A stretch of DNA of 57,366 nt from positions 1 to 57,366 of the IMG/VR virus record IMGVR_UViG_3300030102_004613. One strand, given 5' to 3'. A model generated the notes under the pieces. That model made no database searches. It worked only from the letters and a program-made list of their open reading frames with translations, and was not told the DNA's origin. Source of the stretch: a virus. Its lineage: Duplodnaviria > Caudoviricetes. The position numbers and the translations under genes were made by a program. Shown in pieces: positions 29,425 to 36,750 of the stretch. Within the stretch, counting starts at the first letter, position 1. The number at the start of each line of letters is the position of its first letter.

Positions 29425-29945
29425 ACTAACTTCTGTAGTTTACTCTGTTGGTCTGCAGTTAAATCATTGCCGTACTTAGTAATGATTGCCTGAAGTCTTT
29501 CGTTTCTATCAGGCTTGTTCTTGCCTTCCTTGATGTATCTTACGGCGTTCTTGTAGATTTCGTTCAAACTTTTCTTAGGAGCATCTTGCTTGGCAATCGC
29601 CATGTCAACCTCATCTGCTGTCGCAATAGAAGTTTCGATACCTATACCCAAAAACCCAAGTGCTCTACCGACGGCAGAAGTTTCACAGTTTTCAACATAA
29701 GATGTTTGATTAATACGAGATGATGTGCGGTCCTCTTGCGCCATACCTTGTGCAATTGTCTCGCCTTTTTCGTTTATCACAGTAGCCTGTATGACACATG
29801 AGTTCTCGTCGATGTGTAATACATCCGTGTGTAGTCCGAATCCCTTGTACTCAGACAGCGTTCTAAAAGCAATGACACGTTGATTGACTTCAACGTACTG
29901 CTTTCCCTTGATGTTCGTTGTTTTGAATTGATAAGTGTTTGACAT
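29421..29945 (-). CDS. Single-strand annealing protein (Rad52/Sak-like)
   Basis: IKGKQYVEVNQRVIAFR ... INQTSYVENCETSAVGRALGFLGIG; adjacent to exonuclease and SSB. Confidence 0.75.
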   Translation of the reverse strand: MSNTYQFKTTNIKGKQYVEVNQRVIAFRTLSEYKGFGLHTDVLHIDENSCVIQATVINEKGETIAQGMAQEDRTSSRINQTSYVENCETSAVGRALGFLGIGIETSIATADEVDMAIAKQDAPKKSLNEIYKNAVRYIKEGKNKPDRNERLQAIITKYGNDLTADQQSKLQKLV

Positions 29946-29988
29946 AAATTAAATTGTTTGCAGTGAAATTAACAATGTTTTGTTGAAA

Positions 29989-30483
29989 TCACAAGTATTT
30001 GTCAATAATCTTTTGCCCTGGCTCTCCTAAATCTAAAGCCAACGTACGAATTGCATTCTTCTGAGCGGTGCCCTTTTCGTATACTTTCCAATCTTCTGAG
30101 CGCTTGTAGTATTTGTCATGACTGTTGATCATCTTGATCAACTTCACACCCAACCATGCGTTCCCCTTGTTTCGGAAGTACGGCCTGTTTGGATTCTCGT
30201 CGTGCATTTCTTGTGACACATCGTCCCATACGGATTCAACAACCCCAAAAACATCTCCCGCTTGTTCGATGGTGTAGTAGGTATCTCCCTCTTGGTATGG
30301 ATATCCCAACTCCTCTTCATCTACGAGTTCTGCATTAAAGTAATCATCACGCTCAATACAAGTTGTGCCTATGATGGTGATGCCTCCTTCTTTAATAAGT
30401 TTTTTTCTTGCCTCGTGCTCGGAGTAAGCCTGTACCTCATATAGGTATGAACAAGGAACCATAAATCGATAACTCTTTTTCAT
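29989..30483 (-). CDS. Hypothetical early protein
   Basis: 164 aa ORF in the - strand early block. Confidence 0.6.
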   Translation of the reverse strand: MKKSYRFMVPCSYLYEVQAYSEHEARKKLIKEGGITIIGTTCIERDDYFNAELVDEEELGYPYQEGDTYYTIEQAGDVFGVVESVWDDVSQEMHDENPNRPYFRNKGNAWLGVKLIKMINSHDKYYKRSEDWKVYEKGTAQKNAIRTLALDLGEPGQKIIDKYL

Positions 30484-30707
30484 TTTTTCTCTTGATTAAT
30501 TTCTAAATCAGGCATCTGCCAAATGATGTTGTATCGTTTAATCATTCGATAGACTGTCCTGTCCGTAACGCCCAGATGCTTTGATGCTTTCTTTGGGCTT
30601 TTGTAAATCCTTAACGCCTTTCGCGTCAGTCTTTCCATCTCCTGTTCGAGATTGAGATTGCCGTAGCACTCGCAGTGCGTCGGCGTACATTTCATACACT
30701 TTGCCAT
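30480..30707 (-). CDS. Small HTH DNA-binding protein (Fis-like) with Cys-rich N-terminus
   Basis: KKASKHLGVTDRTVYRMIKRYNI; N-terminal CMKC..THCEC. Confidence 0.7.
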   Translation of the reverse strand: MAKCMKCTPTHCECYGNLNLEQEMERLTRKALRIYKSPKKASKHLGVTDRTVYRMIKRYNIIWQMPDLEINQEKK

Positions 30708-30734
30708 TTGCTGTCCAAAATAATTTAGGTTTCA

Positions 30735-30920
30735 TTACATCTTGATTAAGCGTAATCTCCGCTGATACTTACGAATCAACAGCGCAGAGTTCGTGATTTG
30801 ATTTCTCAAGTCGTCGGACCACCCAAACCTACTTGCTTGGATGGTCATGTTCACTTGGTCGATCATGAGCATATCCAAGTACGACTCGACTGCTCGTATG
30901 TGTTTTCTCTTGCGTGTCAT
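30735..30920 (-). CDS. Hypothetical basic protein
   Basis: 61 aa, fits operon spacing. Confidence 0.6.
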   Translation of the reverse strand: MTRKRKHIRAVESYLDMLMIDQVNMTIQASRFGWSDDLRNQITNSALLIRKYQRRLRLIKM

Positions 30921-30921
30921 A

Positions 30922-31053
30922 TCAGTATCCGAATAACCATCTCATCCCCTGTACAATACAATAGAAGAATGTAAAGATGGGTCCATAGATAAATACGTAG
31001 GCCATTGCTTCAACAAATGATGAAGGCTTTCTGCGTGGTTTGAATTCACTCAT
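30922..31053 (-). CDS. 43-aa single-pass membrane peptide
   Basis: Translated by hand: MSEFKPRRKPSSFVEAMAYVFIYGPIFTFFYCIVQGMRWLFGY; fills the gap, ATGA-coupled to the upstream gene. Confidence 0.6.
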   Translation of the reverse strand: MSEFKPRRKPSSFVEAMAYVFIYGPIFTFFYCIVQGMRWLFGY

Positions 31054-31280
31054 TTTTCAATTCCGTTTTTTCTTAAATCTTTCATAAATACACTTACTAT
31101 GCTGTCGCAATCGTCAGCATAAGTTTGGTCAGAGTAAATCTCTGCTTCTAATTTTGCAATTAGTTCCATCACACGTCGTAACTTGATTACTTCGTAACTG
31201 TGATGTAGTAGTTCTGCGCACTCTAATGCATCTTGCACCGTGAGGCTAATCTCATGCATTAATACTTCTCGTTGTTCCAT
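31050..31280 (-). CDS. Hypothetical protein
   Basis: 76 aa in early operon. Confidence 0.55.
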   Translation of the reverse strand: MEQREVLMHEISLTVQDALECAELLHHSYEVIKLRRVMELIAKLEAEIYSDQTYADDCDSIVSVFMKDLRKNGIEK

Positions 31281-31471
31281 TTTATGATTCTCTTTATAGC
31301 GGTTCTCCCTCGTGATATCTCCACATGAGGCGTACCACCTTTCTCTATGTTTTGCATAGCGATTTCAAATTGGTCTCGTACCTCACGCTCAATGTTTGGG
31401 TGGGTGTCAACGACTTCTTTGCAGAAGCCGATGAACCCGTCCATGTCTGTGTCGAAGTTATTCTGTATCAT
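31259..31471 (-). CDS. Hypothetical protein
   Basis: 70 aa in early operon. Confidence 0.55.
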   Translation of the reverse strand: MIQNNFDTDMDGFIGFCKEVVDTHPNIEREVRDQFEIAMQNIEKGGTPHVEISRGRTAIKRIIKWNNEKY

Positions 31472-32354
31472 TAGTTACAGCGTTAAATCTTTCTTGGAAT
31501 GCAATTTGTTGCTCGACCCATTCGTCGGGCGGACAAATCCATTCGTGCATTAGTGCTTCGTCCAAAAGGAAATCATCCCCCGCTGAGTTGTAGGTTTCAT
31601 CTCCTTGTGTGCGTAACCAAGTAACGGCTTCTTCATCGGAAGTAAAAATCTTCCCGTGATTTCTCAGATCACGCGGGTTCCAATTCGCCCACTTGATTCG
31701 CTTGTTATCCTTAGTTATCACGGCATCTATCTCAAACCCTTCCGACATATTGGGAGCATACGTTTCCAATATGCAGAAGTCTTCTTGTCCGTCCTTTCCG
31801 TCGGGTTCCGTATCGTAGATGTGTCGAATCTCCTCGTCGGTTATCTTGTCGAGGTCTAATCCAAAGTGTTTTAACACAATGTCTTTTTGCCAACTCCCGC
31901 CAGTGAGTTCGATGTCCACCTGATGTGGGTGTATCATGACCTTTGGTTTCTGCATGAGCGCACCTTGATTGCCGAGAGTTTTATCTATCTCGACTGAGAT
32001 AAGCACTTCATCGCCTCTCATATCTCCGTACATCACGGTATTGTTATCGTCCCCGAAATCAAACATCCCTTTAAGTTTATCTTTAGCGGGGTTTTTCCCC
32101 CAATAGGAATGCCACACCTGTTGTAGTGTGAACATTGGCTTTACCGTGCCCTCTACAAAATCGTACCCAAGCACAGGCCACTTCACACCCTTACAGTACA
32201 CCCATAGTGCACTAAAACATTGTTTCTTCTCATCAAAGTCCAACTTGACCGTGAGTTTTTTCTTGTACTTCTTCAAGACAGCGTAGTTGTTCCAACCTTC
32301 CTGTCCTCCTTTGAAATTGTCTTCCCAACTGAAGACATCATTGAATTCTGACAT
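31458..32354 (-). CDS. Hypothetical early protein
   Basis: 298 aa, acidic, A-rich leader. Confidence 0.7.
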   Translation of the reverse strand: MSEFNDVFSWEDNFKGGQEGWNNYAVLKKYKKKLTVKLDFDEKKQCFSALWVYCKGVKWPVLGYDFVEGTVKPMFTLQQVWHSYWGKNPAKDKLKGMFDFGDDNNTVMYGDMRGDEVLISVEIDKTLGNQGALMQKPKVMIHPHQVDIELTGGSWQKDIVLKHFGLDLDKITDEEIRHIYDTEPDGKDGQEDFCILETYAPNMSEGFEIDAVITKDNKRIKWANWNPRDLRNHGKIFTSDEEAVTWLRTQGDETYNSAGDDFLLDEALMHEWICPPDEWVEQQIAFQERFNAVTNDTE

Positions 32355-32371
32355 ATTAAATTGAATTGATT

Positions 32372-32647
32372 TTAGTTTTTGTTTGACACTCCTTCAAACT
32401 CATTGATGAGTTGCTCAAGTGCTTCCTCATACGCCCATGACCCGTGAGGGATGTTTGGGAAGTATGTATTGTGAAAGTCTCGGTTCGTATACTCGCTAAA
32501 CACCACGTCCATGTAGGTACCCCCACCATGTCCATCGTTCCAGATTCGCACACCAGGTATGTTGGTTGTGCATTCATAACCCAATCCACGTCGGGTGTTG
32601 AAGTAACGGACTCCCGTTACCTTTAGATTTGATTTTTGCATAAGCAT
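32372..32647 (-). CDS. Hypothetical early protein
   Basis: Start moved to MLMQKSNLKVTGVRYFNTRRGLGY downstream of the promoter at 32670; IWNDGHGGGTY motif. Confidence 0.65.
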   Translation of the reverse strand: MLMQKSNLKVTGVRYFNTRRGLGYECTTNIPGVRIWNDGHGGGTYMDVVFSEYTNRDFHNTYFPNIPHGSWAYEEALEQLINEFEGVSNKN

Positions 32648-32669
32648 TGAATTGAATTGAATTGTGGGG

Positions 32670-32677
32670 CAAACATA
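32670..32677 (-). promoter_or_regulatory. Early promoter -7 box
   Basis: TATGTTTG on - strand, with TTAAC repeats upstream. Confidence 0.7.
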
Positions 32678-32739
32678 TAAACCCCGGTTTTTAAAATGTG
32701 TTAACGACCTGTTAAAACGGTCGAAAAACTTTTTCTCTT

Positions 32740-32825
32740 TAGAGGATGTGGGGGGACTCGAACCCCCTGAAGCGCCACAGCGTACCAAACCAAAATCTAA
32801 CCAATGGCTGTCGCTTTCACATCCT
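32740..32825 (-). ncRNA. tRNA-like element (acceptor stem plus T-arm, single central hairpin)
   Basis: GGATGTG/CACATCC 7-bp stem, GGGGG-TTCGAGT-CCCCC T-arm, central AGCG-ACAGC/GCTGT-GG-CGCT stem; intergenic. Confidence 0.6.
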
Positions 32826-32837
32826 GTGCCTTACGTT

Positions 32838-33077
32838 TTAGTATCCGTAGAAATCAGTAAAGACAACATCTTTATTTTTCTTGTCTTGATAATCAGCATA
32901 CTGAACGCAAATGGTTTCGTCATTAACACTTTCGTCAGTGTCCACGATTACATAGTAATCCATGTCGGCGTATGAATAAAGACTGTATCTTTCATTCAAC
33001 ACGATAGTTTCTCCTCGCTCCATGTTGTCGAGGGTATTTCTATCGATTTTATTTAATGCTTTACTTAGAGTATTCAT
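32838..33077 (-). CDS. Hypothetical early protein
   Basis: 79 aa acidic ORF. Confidence 0.6.
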   Translation of the reverse strand: MNTLSKALNKIDRNTLDNMERGETIVLNERYSLYSYADMDYYVIVDTDESVNDETICVQYADYQDKKNKDVVFTDFYGY

Positions 33078-33082
33078 AATGC

Positions 33083-33358
33083 TTACATCATATCTGCTAA
33101 TACGTAACCTGATCGATAGCGCCTGTGAATTTCAAAGATTGACACACGCTCCGTGCCTTCCCAACCTTCGAAGTAAAATTCAGAATCTGAATCTTCGTAC
33201 ACCTCGCCTGTTAAGTCTTCTTTTAACTGATTGACAAGTCCTTTGAAAACTTGCTCCGCTTCCTCACGGCTTTCCAAAGCCATGAGGTAGTTGTCTTGCA
33301 TGGTCATAAATGTGTGTGCTACACAAAAGACCGTAGGGAAACCTTTTTCTGCTTTCAT
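33083..33358 (-). CDS. Hypothetical early protein
   Basis: 91 aa acidic ORF. Confidence 0.6.
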   Translation of the reverse strand: MKAEKGFPTVFCVAHTFMTMQDNYLMALESREEAEQVFKGLVNQLKEDLTGEVYEDSDSEFYFEGWEGTERVSIFEIHRRYRSGYVLADMM

Positions 33359-33362
33359 AAAA

Positions 33363-33539
33363 TTATTTCTTTTCCGTTACAAGGGTGTAGTCATCAAAGT
33401 GACGCACAATTTCTATTGGAATTTCGTACACGTTGCCTGTCTTTGGGTCTTCGTATGACTCCCAACTCCACCCGTCCCCGTCTATAGGTGCACTGAACCT
33501 AAGGCGGTCTATTATTTCTCTTGAAAGTTTCTTATCCAT
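33363..33539 (-). CDS. Hypothetical 58-aa early protein
   Basis: Translated by hand: MDKKLSREIIDRLRFSAPIDGDGWSWESYEDPKTGNVYEIPIEIVRHFDDYTLVTEKK; fills the gap between neighbours. Confidence 0.6.
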   Translation of the reverse strand: MDKKLSREIIDRLRFSAPIDGDGWSWESYEDPKTGNVYEIPIEIVRHFDDYTLVTEKK

Positions 33540-33542
33540 ATC

Positions 33543-33728
33543 CTAACTTCTTGAAACATTAAACTCTGAGTTGATGAAATCAAACGCTTCGCTATAAAAC
33601 TCGTCGTCCGTGTCAATGCCGTTGGCTTCCAACTCTTCTTTGATGCCTGCGAACAACCCGTCCACAGCGCGATTTTCGATGTGTGAAAAACTGATGTTTT
33701 CCAATAGAGATTCTAATTTCTCGTTCAT
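33543..33728 (-). CDS. Hypothetical acidic early protein
   Basis: 61 aa. Confidence 0.55.
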   Translation of the reverse strand: MNEKLESLLENISFSHIENRAVDGLFAGIKEELEANGIDTDDEFYSEAFDFINSEFNVSRS

Positions 33729-33743
33729 GATATTTGATTTTGA

Positions 33744-33962
33744 TTAATATTCGGTAAAGTCTACTTGGTTCGATGGGCATTGTGGTTGGTCCTTTAACCA
33801 CTCGTCCCTATACTTTCCGTAGTTGCTCATGCAGTCAAACCATTGCGCTTTGGTAATGGTCATGTCGTTCATCTCGTTAGCCAACGCCAACGCTCTTGGG
33901 TCATGCATATTGTAATAACCCGCTTCTCTTACTGCCTCGTAGGCAAGAAAAATCTCTTTCAT
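33744..33962 (-). CDS. Hypothetical protein (DUF5049-like)
   Basis: FLAYEAVREAGYYNMHD resembles the motif ..VR.SG..NM.D. Confidence 0.55.
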   Translation of the reverse strand: MKEIFLAYEAVREAGYYNMHDPRALALANEMNDMTITKAQWFDCMSNYGKYRDEWLKDQPQCPSNQVDFTEY

Positions 33963-33974
33963 ACATAAATTTAT

Positions 33975-34694
33975 TTAGTGTTGTAAAATTTTAACATCCT
34001 TCGAGCCCTTTCCGAGAACCCCACTACATAGGCCACACTTTGCACAATTGCTTTTGTAACCCATCTCTTTAGAGGCGGGGCAAGAAACAGCGTTTTCGTT
34101 TCCGTCGTTCGTAGCAATGAAACTGCGATATGCTTTTTCGCTTGCGGACAACGCACCATTCCGATCGTGTACGCTCGCCATGAACCACTTGCCGTATTCC
34201 TTAGCCCAATCCTTATCCCATTGGTGTGTATATCCCGTCCATGATTTAGCAACCCAAACCATAGCCTCTACCAATTCGGTAGGCATCAAAGAAGGTTCTC
34301 CATATGTACCGAAACGTACATAAGTATTGAACGCCATTTCCACCATGTCCGCTTGTTTGTTGCGGTCAAGTGGTGTAAGGTCTTCCCGTTTGATGCTACG
34401 AAGTAGAGAAAGGAAGCCAACGTACTGCTGAAACTTGTGTGTGTAACACCCGCCATTCCCATTACCTACGCTGAAAGGACAATCAAGGCAATTGCTTTTG
34501 TCTAAAGCAAAGAATTTTTTCATACCAAACCCCTTGCTCGTAGTGGCTAAAGCCCACTGCTCCATACTAAAGGTGTAAGTTTGGACTAAGGCCGTGCCGT
34601 CGCTTATTTTGTCGTTTGTCGTTTTACCCTTGCGGACAACGAATACGTTATTGCCCTCAAGCCATACAATTTTTTTGCTCATAAAAATTTGCAT
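33975..34694 (-). CDS. Cys-rich Fe-S/radical-SAM-like protein (phage gp88-like)
   Basis: CLDCPF..GGCY, VRFGTYGEPS, WTGYTHQW, CPAS..CAKCGLC. Confidence 0.55.
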   Translation of the reverse strand: MQIFMSKKIVWLEGNNVFVVRKGKTTNDKISDGTALVQTYTFSMEQWALATTSKGFGMKKFFALDKSNCLDCPFSVGNGNGGCYTHKFQQYVGFLSLLRSIKREDLTPLDRNKQADMVEMAFNTYVRFGTYGEPSLMPTELVEAMVWVAKSWTGYTHQWDKDWAKEYGKWFMASVHDRNGALSASEKAYRSFIATNDGNENAVSCPASKEMGYKSNCAKCGLCSGVLGKGSKDVKILQH

Positions 34695-35066
34695 TTAGTA
34701 CCAAGCGTAATAGTACACTTGGTCGTCTTCTTTCCAATCTCCCAATGCCTCCGCACAATCTTTGATAGTATCCGTCAAGCCATCGAAATACCATTGGTCG
34801 TACTCATACGTTCCGAAAAAGAACCCTTCTCGTGTGGGTAGGAGATCGTCCGCAAGGGCTTTGTTGTTTAGCACCTTCGCACACTTTATGATAAGGTCGG
34901 CTATGTCCTCTTGAGTTACGACAAATTCAGTACAATTGTCGTCCTCCGCATCGCCCACGAAGTAATCGTGTACAGCGTTACATTTTCTCCAATACACCAA
35001 CTGAATATCGTCCTTGATATCCTCGTCTTTGCGAGGCTTTCGATATAGGTACATATCTAATCCCAT
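34695..35066 (-). CDS. Conserved phage hypothetical protein
   Basis: MGLDMYLY, YWRKCNAVHDYF, LLPTREGFFFG..EYDQWY motifs. Confidence 0.75.
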   Translation of the reverse strand: MGLDMYLYRKPRKDEDIKDDIQLVYWRKCNAVHDYFVGDAEDDNCTEFVVTQEDIADLIIKCAKVLNNKALADDLLPTREGFFFGTYEYDQWYFDGLTDTIKDCAEALGDWKEDDQVYYYAWY

Positions 35067-35083
35067 GATAAATAAATTTTGGT

Positions 35084-35149
35084 TAGTGGAATAGTAGGGT
35101 CTTGCTCCCCGTGCACAACAGCGTATAGTTTACGCCTTGTATCTATTCC
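35084..35149 (-). ncRNA. Second tRNA-like element
   Basis: GGAATAG/CTATTCC 7-bp stem, GGGG-AGCAAGA-CCCT arm with 7-nt loop, central TACAA-GCGTA/TACGC-TTGTG hairpin; ends in A-CTA like the 32740 element. Confidence 0.5.
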
Positions 35150-35155
35150 GTAAAA

Positions 35156-35308
35156 ACTTGACGGCTTAACATCCGCAAACCTCCTCGGAGTACCTATGGT
35201 AAGAACGTATGTGGTTAGAGTCTACAGATACGTGTAGCATAGGTACTATGTTCCTCATAAGAGCGTTTTGCAGTCCGTTTTACGTGTGGTCGCCACAAGC
35301 CGTCAAGT
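35156..35308 (-). ncRNA. Rod-shaped structured RNA candidate
   Basis: Nested stems ACTTGACGGCTT/AAGCCGTCAAGT (12 bp), GCAAA..CTC/GAG..TTTGC, AGTACCTATG/CATAGGTACT (10 bp), ACGTAT/ATACGT; just downstream of a promoter. Confidence 0.55.
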
Positions 35309-35345
35309 CAGTTGTTTTGCCTCTTCTTTCAGCAAATCAACGGCA

Positions 35346-35400
35346 CAAACATATTGCACCAATTTTTGAAACTATCACAAAGAAATGTTAAAGCCGTTAA
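35346..35400 (-). promoter_or_regulatory. Early promoter module (repeat copy 1)
   Basis: TTAACGGCTTTAACATTTCTT...GGTGCAATATGTTTG; similar to 36117-36171. Confidence 0.75.
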
Positions 35401-35633
35401 AGTTTTTTCAAGCCCTTTAGGGCTCTTCTTTGTAATCGGTATTCCTTACGCTCACGGGCTCTCTGAGCCTTCCCGTCTATAATATTAGCGTAGTGGTACT
35501 CCAAGCCGTCGGCCTTGATTTTACCCATGCATTTGCGCTTAGAGTTCGCCGTGCTCTTCCCGTCCAAAGATGGCGAGGAAGGAACACGGACAACGTATTC
35601 ACGTCCCCTGTGATTTGTTCTTGTGTGTATCAT
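35397..35633 (-). CDS. Hypothetical basic early protein
   Basis: Start moved to MIHTRTNHRGREY, ATGA-coupled to the upstream 58-aa gene. Confidence 0.5.
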   Translation of the reverse strand: MIHTRTNHRGREYVVRVPSSPSLDGKSTANSKRKCMGKIKADGLEYHYANIIDGKAQRARERKEYRLQRRALKGLKKL

Positions 35634-35806
35634 GATGCAATAGGGTTTTCTTTTGTTATCATCCAATAGCAGTCTTTTAGCCTGTGGCCTTGCTCCTCTA
35701 TGAATTCCTCCACGAATTCGTGAACGTCCCCCGAAGGCACGAAAGTCTCATAAACCTTCACTTTTCCCGTGCTGTAATCCATTACAGCGATGTTTTGATA
35801 TCCCAT
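35630..35806 (-). CDS. Hypothetical 58-aa early protein
   Basis: Translated by hand: MGYQNIAVMDYSTGKVKVYETFVPSGDVHEFVEEFIEEQGHRLKDCYWMITKENPIAS. Confidence 0.65.
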   Translation of the reverse strand: MGYQNIAVMDYSTGKVKVYETFVPSGDVHEFVEEFIEEQGHRLKDCYWMITKENPIAS

Positions 35807-35822
35807 AAGATTAAAGTTTAGA

Positions 35823-35838
35823 GCCCCCCGAAGGGGGC
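35823..35838 (-). other. GC-rich intergenic hairpin (terminator or mRNA stabiliser)
   Basis: GCCCCC-TTCG-GGGGGC with UUCG loop, weak U-tract; similar hairpin at 36182-36200. Confidence 0.5.
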
Positions 35839-35846
35839 GGTTAGAA

Positions 35847-36089
35847 TTATTTGTGTAGACCTATGGCGGAGCCAACGTTTGCCATGATACGTCGCCCTAA
35901 GTGCACAATCGTTAGAGCGTCGGATTTGAACGCCGTTTTATACTCTTTCAGCATAAATTTGGCTTCTTCGTAATTTTCGGCTCTATCCACAAGTTCCTTC
36001 CCGTCAGGGCCATGAAACACGATGCAATACGGGTGCTTCATGTTGTAGATGTTACTCGGGTAGTTTTCGAGAAATTCGTTGTTGTTCAT
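35847..36089 (-). CDS. Hypothetical early protein
   Basis: Start moved to MNNNEFLENYP downstream of the promoter at 36117; ELVDRAENYEEAKFMLKEYKTAF motif. Confidence 0.6.
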   Translation of the reverse strand: MNNNEFLENYPSNIYNMKHPYCIVFHGPDGKELVDRAENYEEAKFMLKEYKTAFKSDALTIVHLGRRIMANVGSAIGLHK

Positions 36090-36116
36090 GTCGTTTTGAT
36101 TTTTGGTTGAACGGGG

Positions 36117-36171
36117 CAAACATAGTGCACCGATTTTTTGGATTGTCATAAAGAAATGTTAAAGCCGTTAA
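36117..36171 (-). promoter_or_regulatory. Early promoter module (repeat copy 2)
   Basis: TTAACGGCTTTAACATTTCTT...GGTGCACTATGTTTG. Confidence 0.75.
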
Positions 36172-36213
36172 ACTTTTTTGAAGCCCCCACAAGGGGGGCT
36201 CCGATGTAAGGGA

Positions 36214-36456
36214 TTAGTATTTCAATGGGATATAACATGCATGGTATTTCCCTTTGTGCACGAAGCACCCGCCGGCCATTCCGAAGGAGGCCCAATCGGG
36301 ATTTTCTTCTTCGTCGTGTATATCATATAAAAACATCTCCTTTCCATAGGCATTCGTTACAGGGGAAAACCACACGGGAAAATTGCGCATACTGATAATG
36401 TTTTCAGCGTGCTCGATTTTACGCATACTCTCGATGTTGAATAATTTGTCGCTCAT
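36214..36456 (-). CDS. Hypothetical early protein
   Basis: 80 aa. Confidence 0.55.
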   Translation of the reverse strand: MSDKLFNIESMRKIEHAENIISMRNFPVWFSPVTNAYGKEMFLYDIHDEEENPDWASFGMAGGCFVHKGKYHACYIPLKY

Positions 36457-36468
36457 TTTAAACAGAGT

Positions 36469-36678
36469 TTAAAGGTTAATAAAATACTGCCCTTCTACGA
36501 AGAGTTTGAACTGAGGGTCACGAAGTGACCTGTACGCTGCACTTAGGCTATCCGTGAAGAATCCTAAGGATTCAACAGCGTCAGTAGATACGAATTCCTC
36601 GTAGAGTTCCTCTACGAAGTGAGAGCCAAACTTGGCCTGTAATGCTTTCAGCATTTCATGTGTAGTGATGTTTTTCAT
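36469..36678 (-). CDS. Hypothetical protein, first gene of the early block
   Basis: 69 aa directly downstream of the promoter at 36703. Confidence 0.6.
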   Translation of the reverse strand: MKNITTHEMLKALQAKFGSHFVEELYEEFVSTDAVESLGFFTDSLSAAYRSLRDPQFKLFVEGQYFINL

Positions 36679-36702
36679 CGGTCAAAATTTTTTGATTTGC
36701 CA

Positions 36703-36750
36703 CAAATCTACGGGGGTCGGAACCAAAGTCTTTCCCAAAGAAATGTTAAA
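36703..36750 (-). promoter_or_regulatory. Early promoter module (repeat copy 3)
   Basis: TTTAACATTTCTTT ... TAGATTTG at the same spacing as copies 1 and 2. Confidence 0.65.

Noticed and set aside
32740-32825. Canonical tRNA gene or attP site
   Set aside because: No D-arm, no 7-nt anticodon loop, no CCA and no integrase; reported as a tRNA-like element instead.
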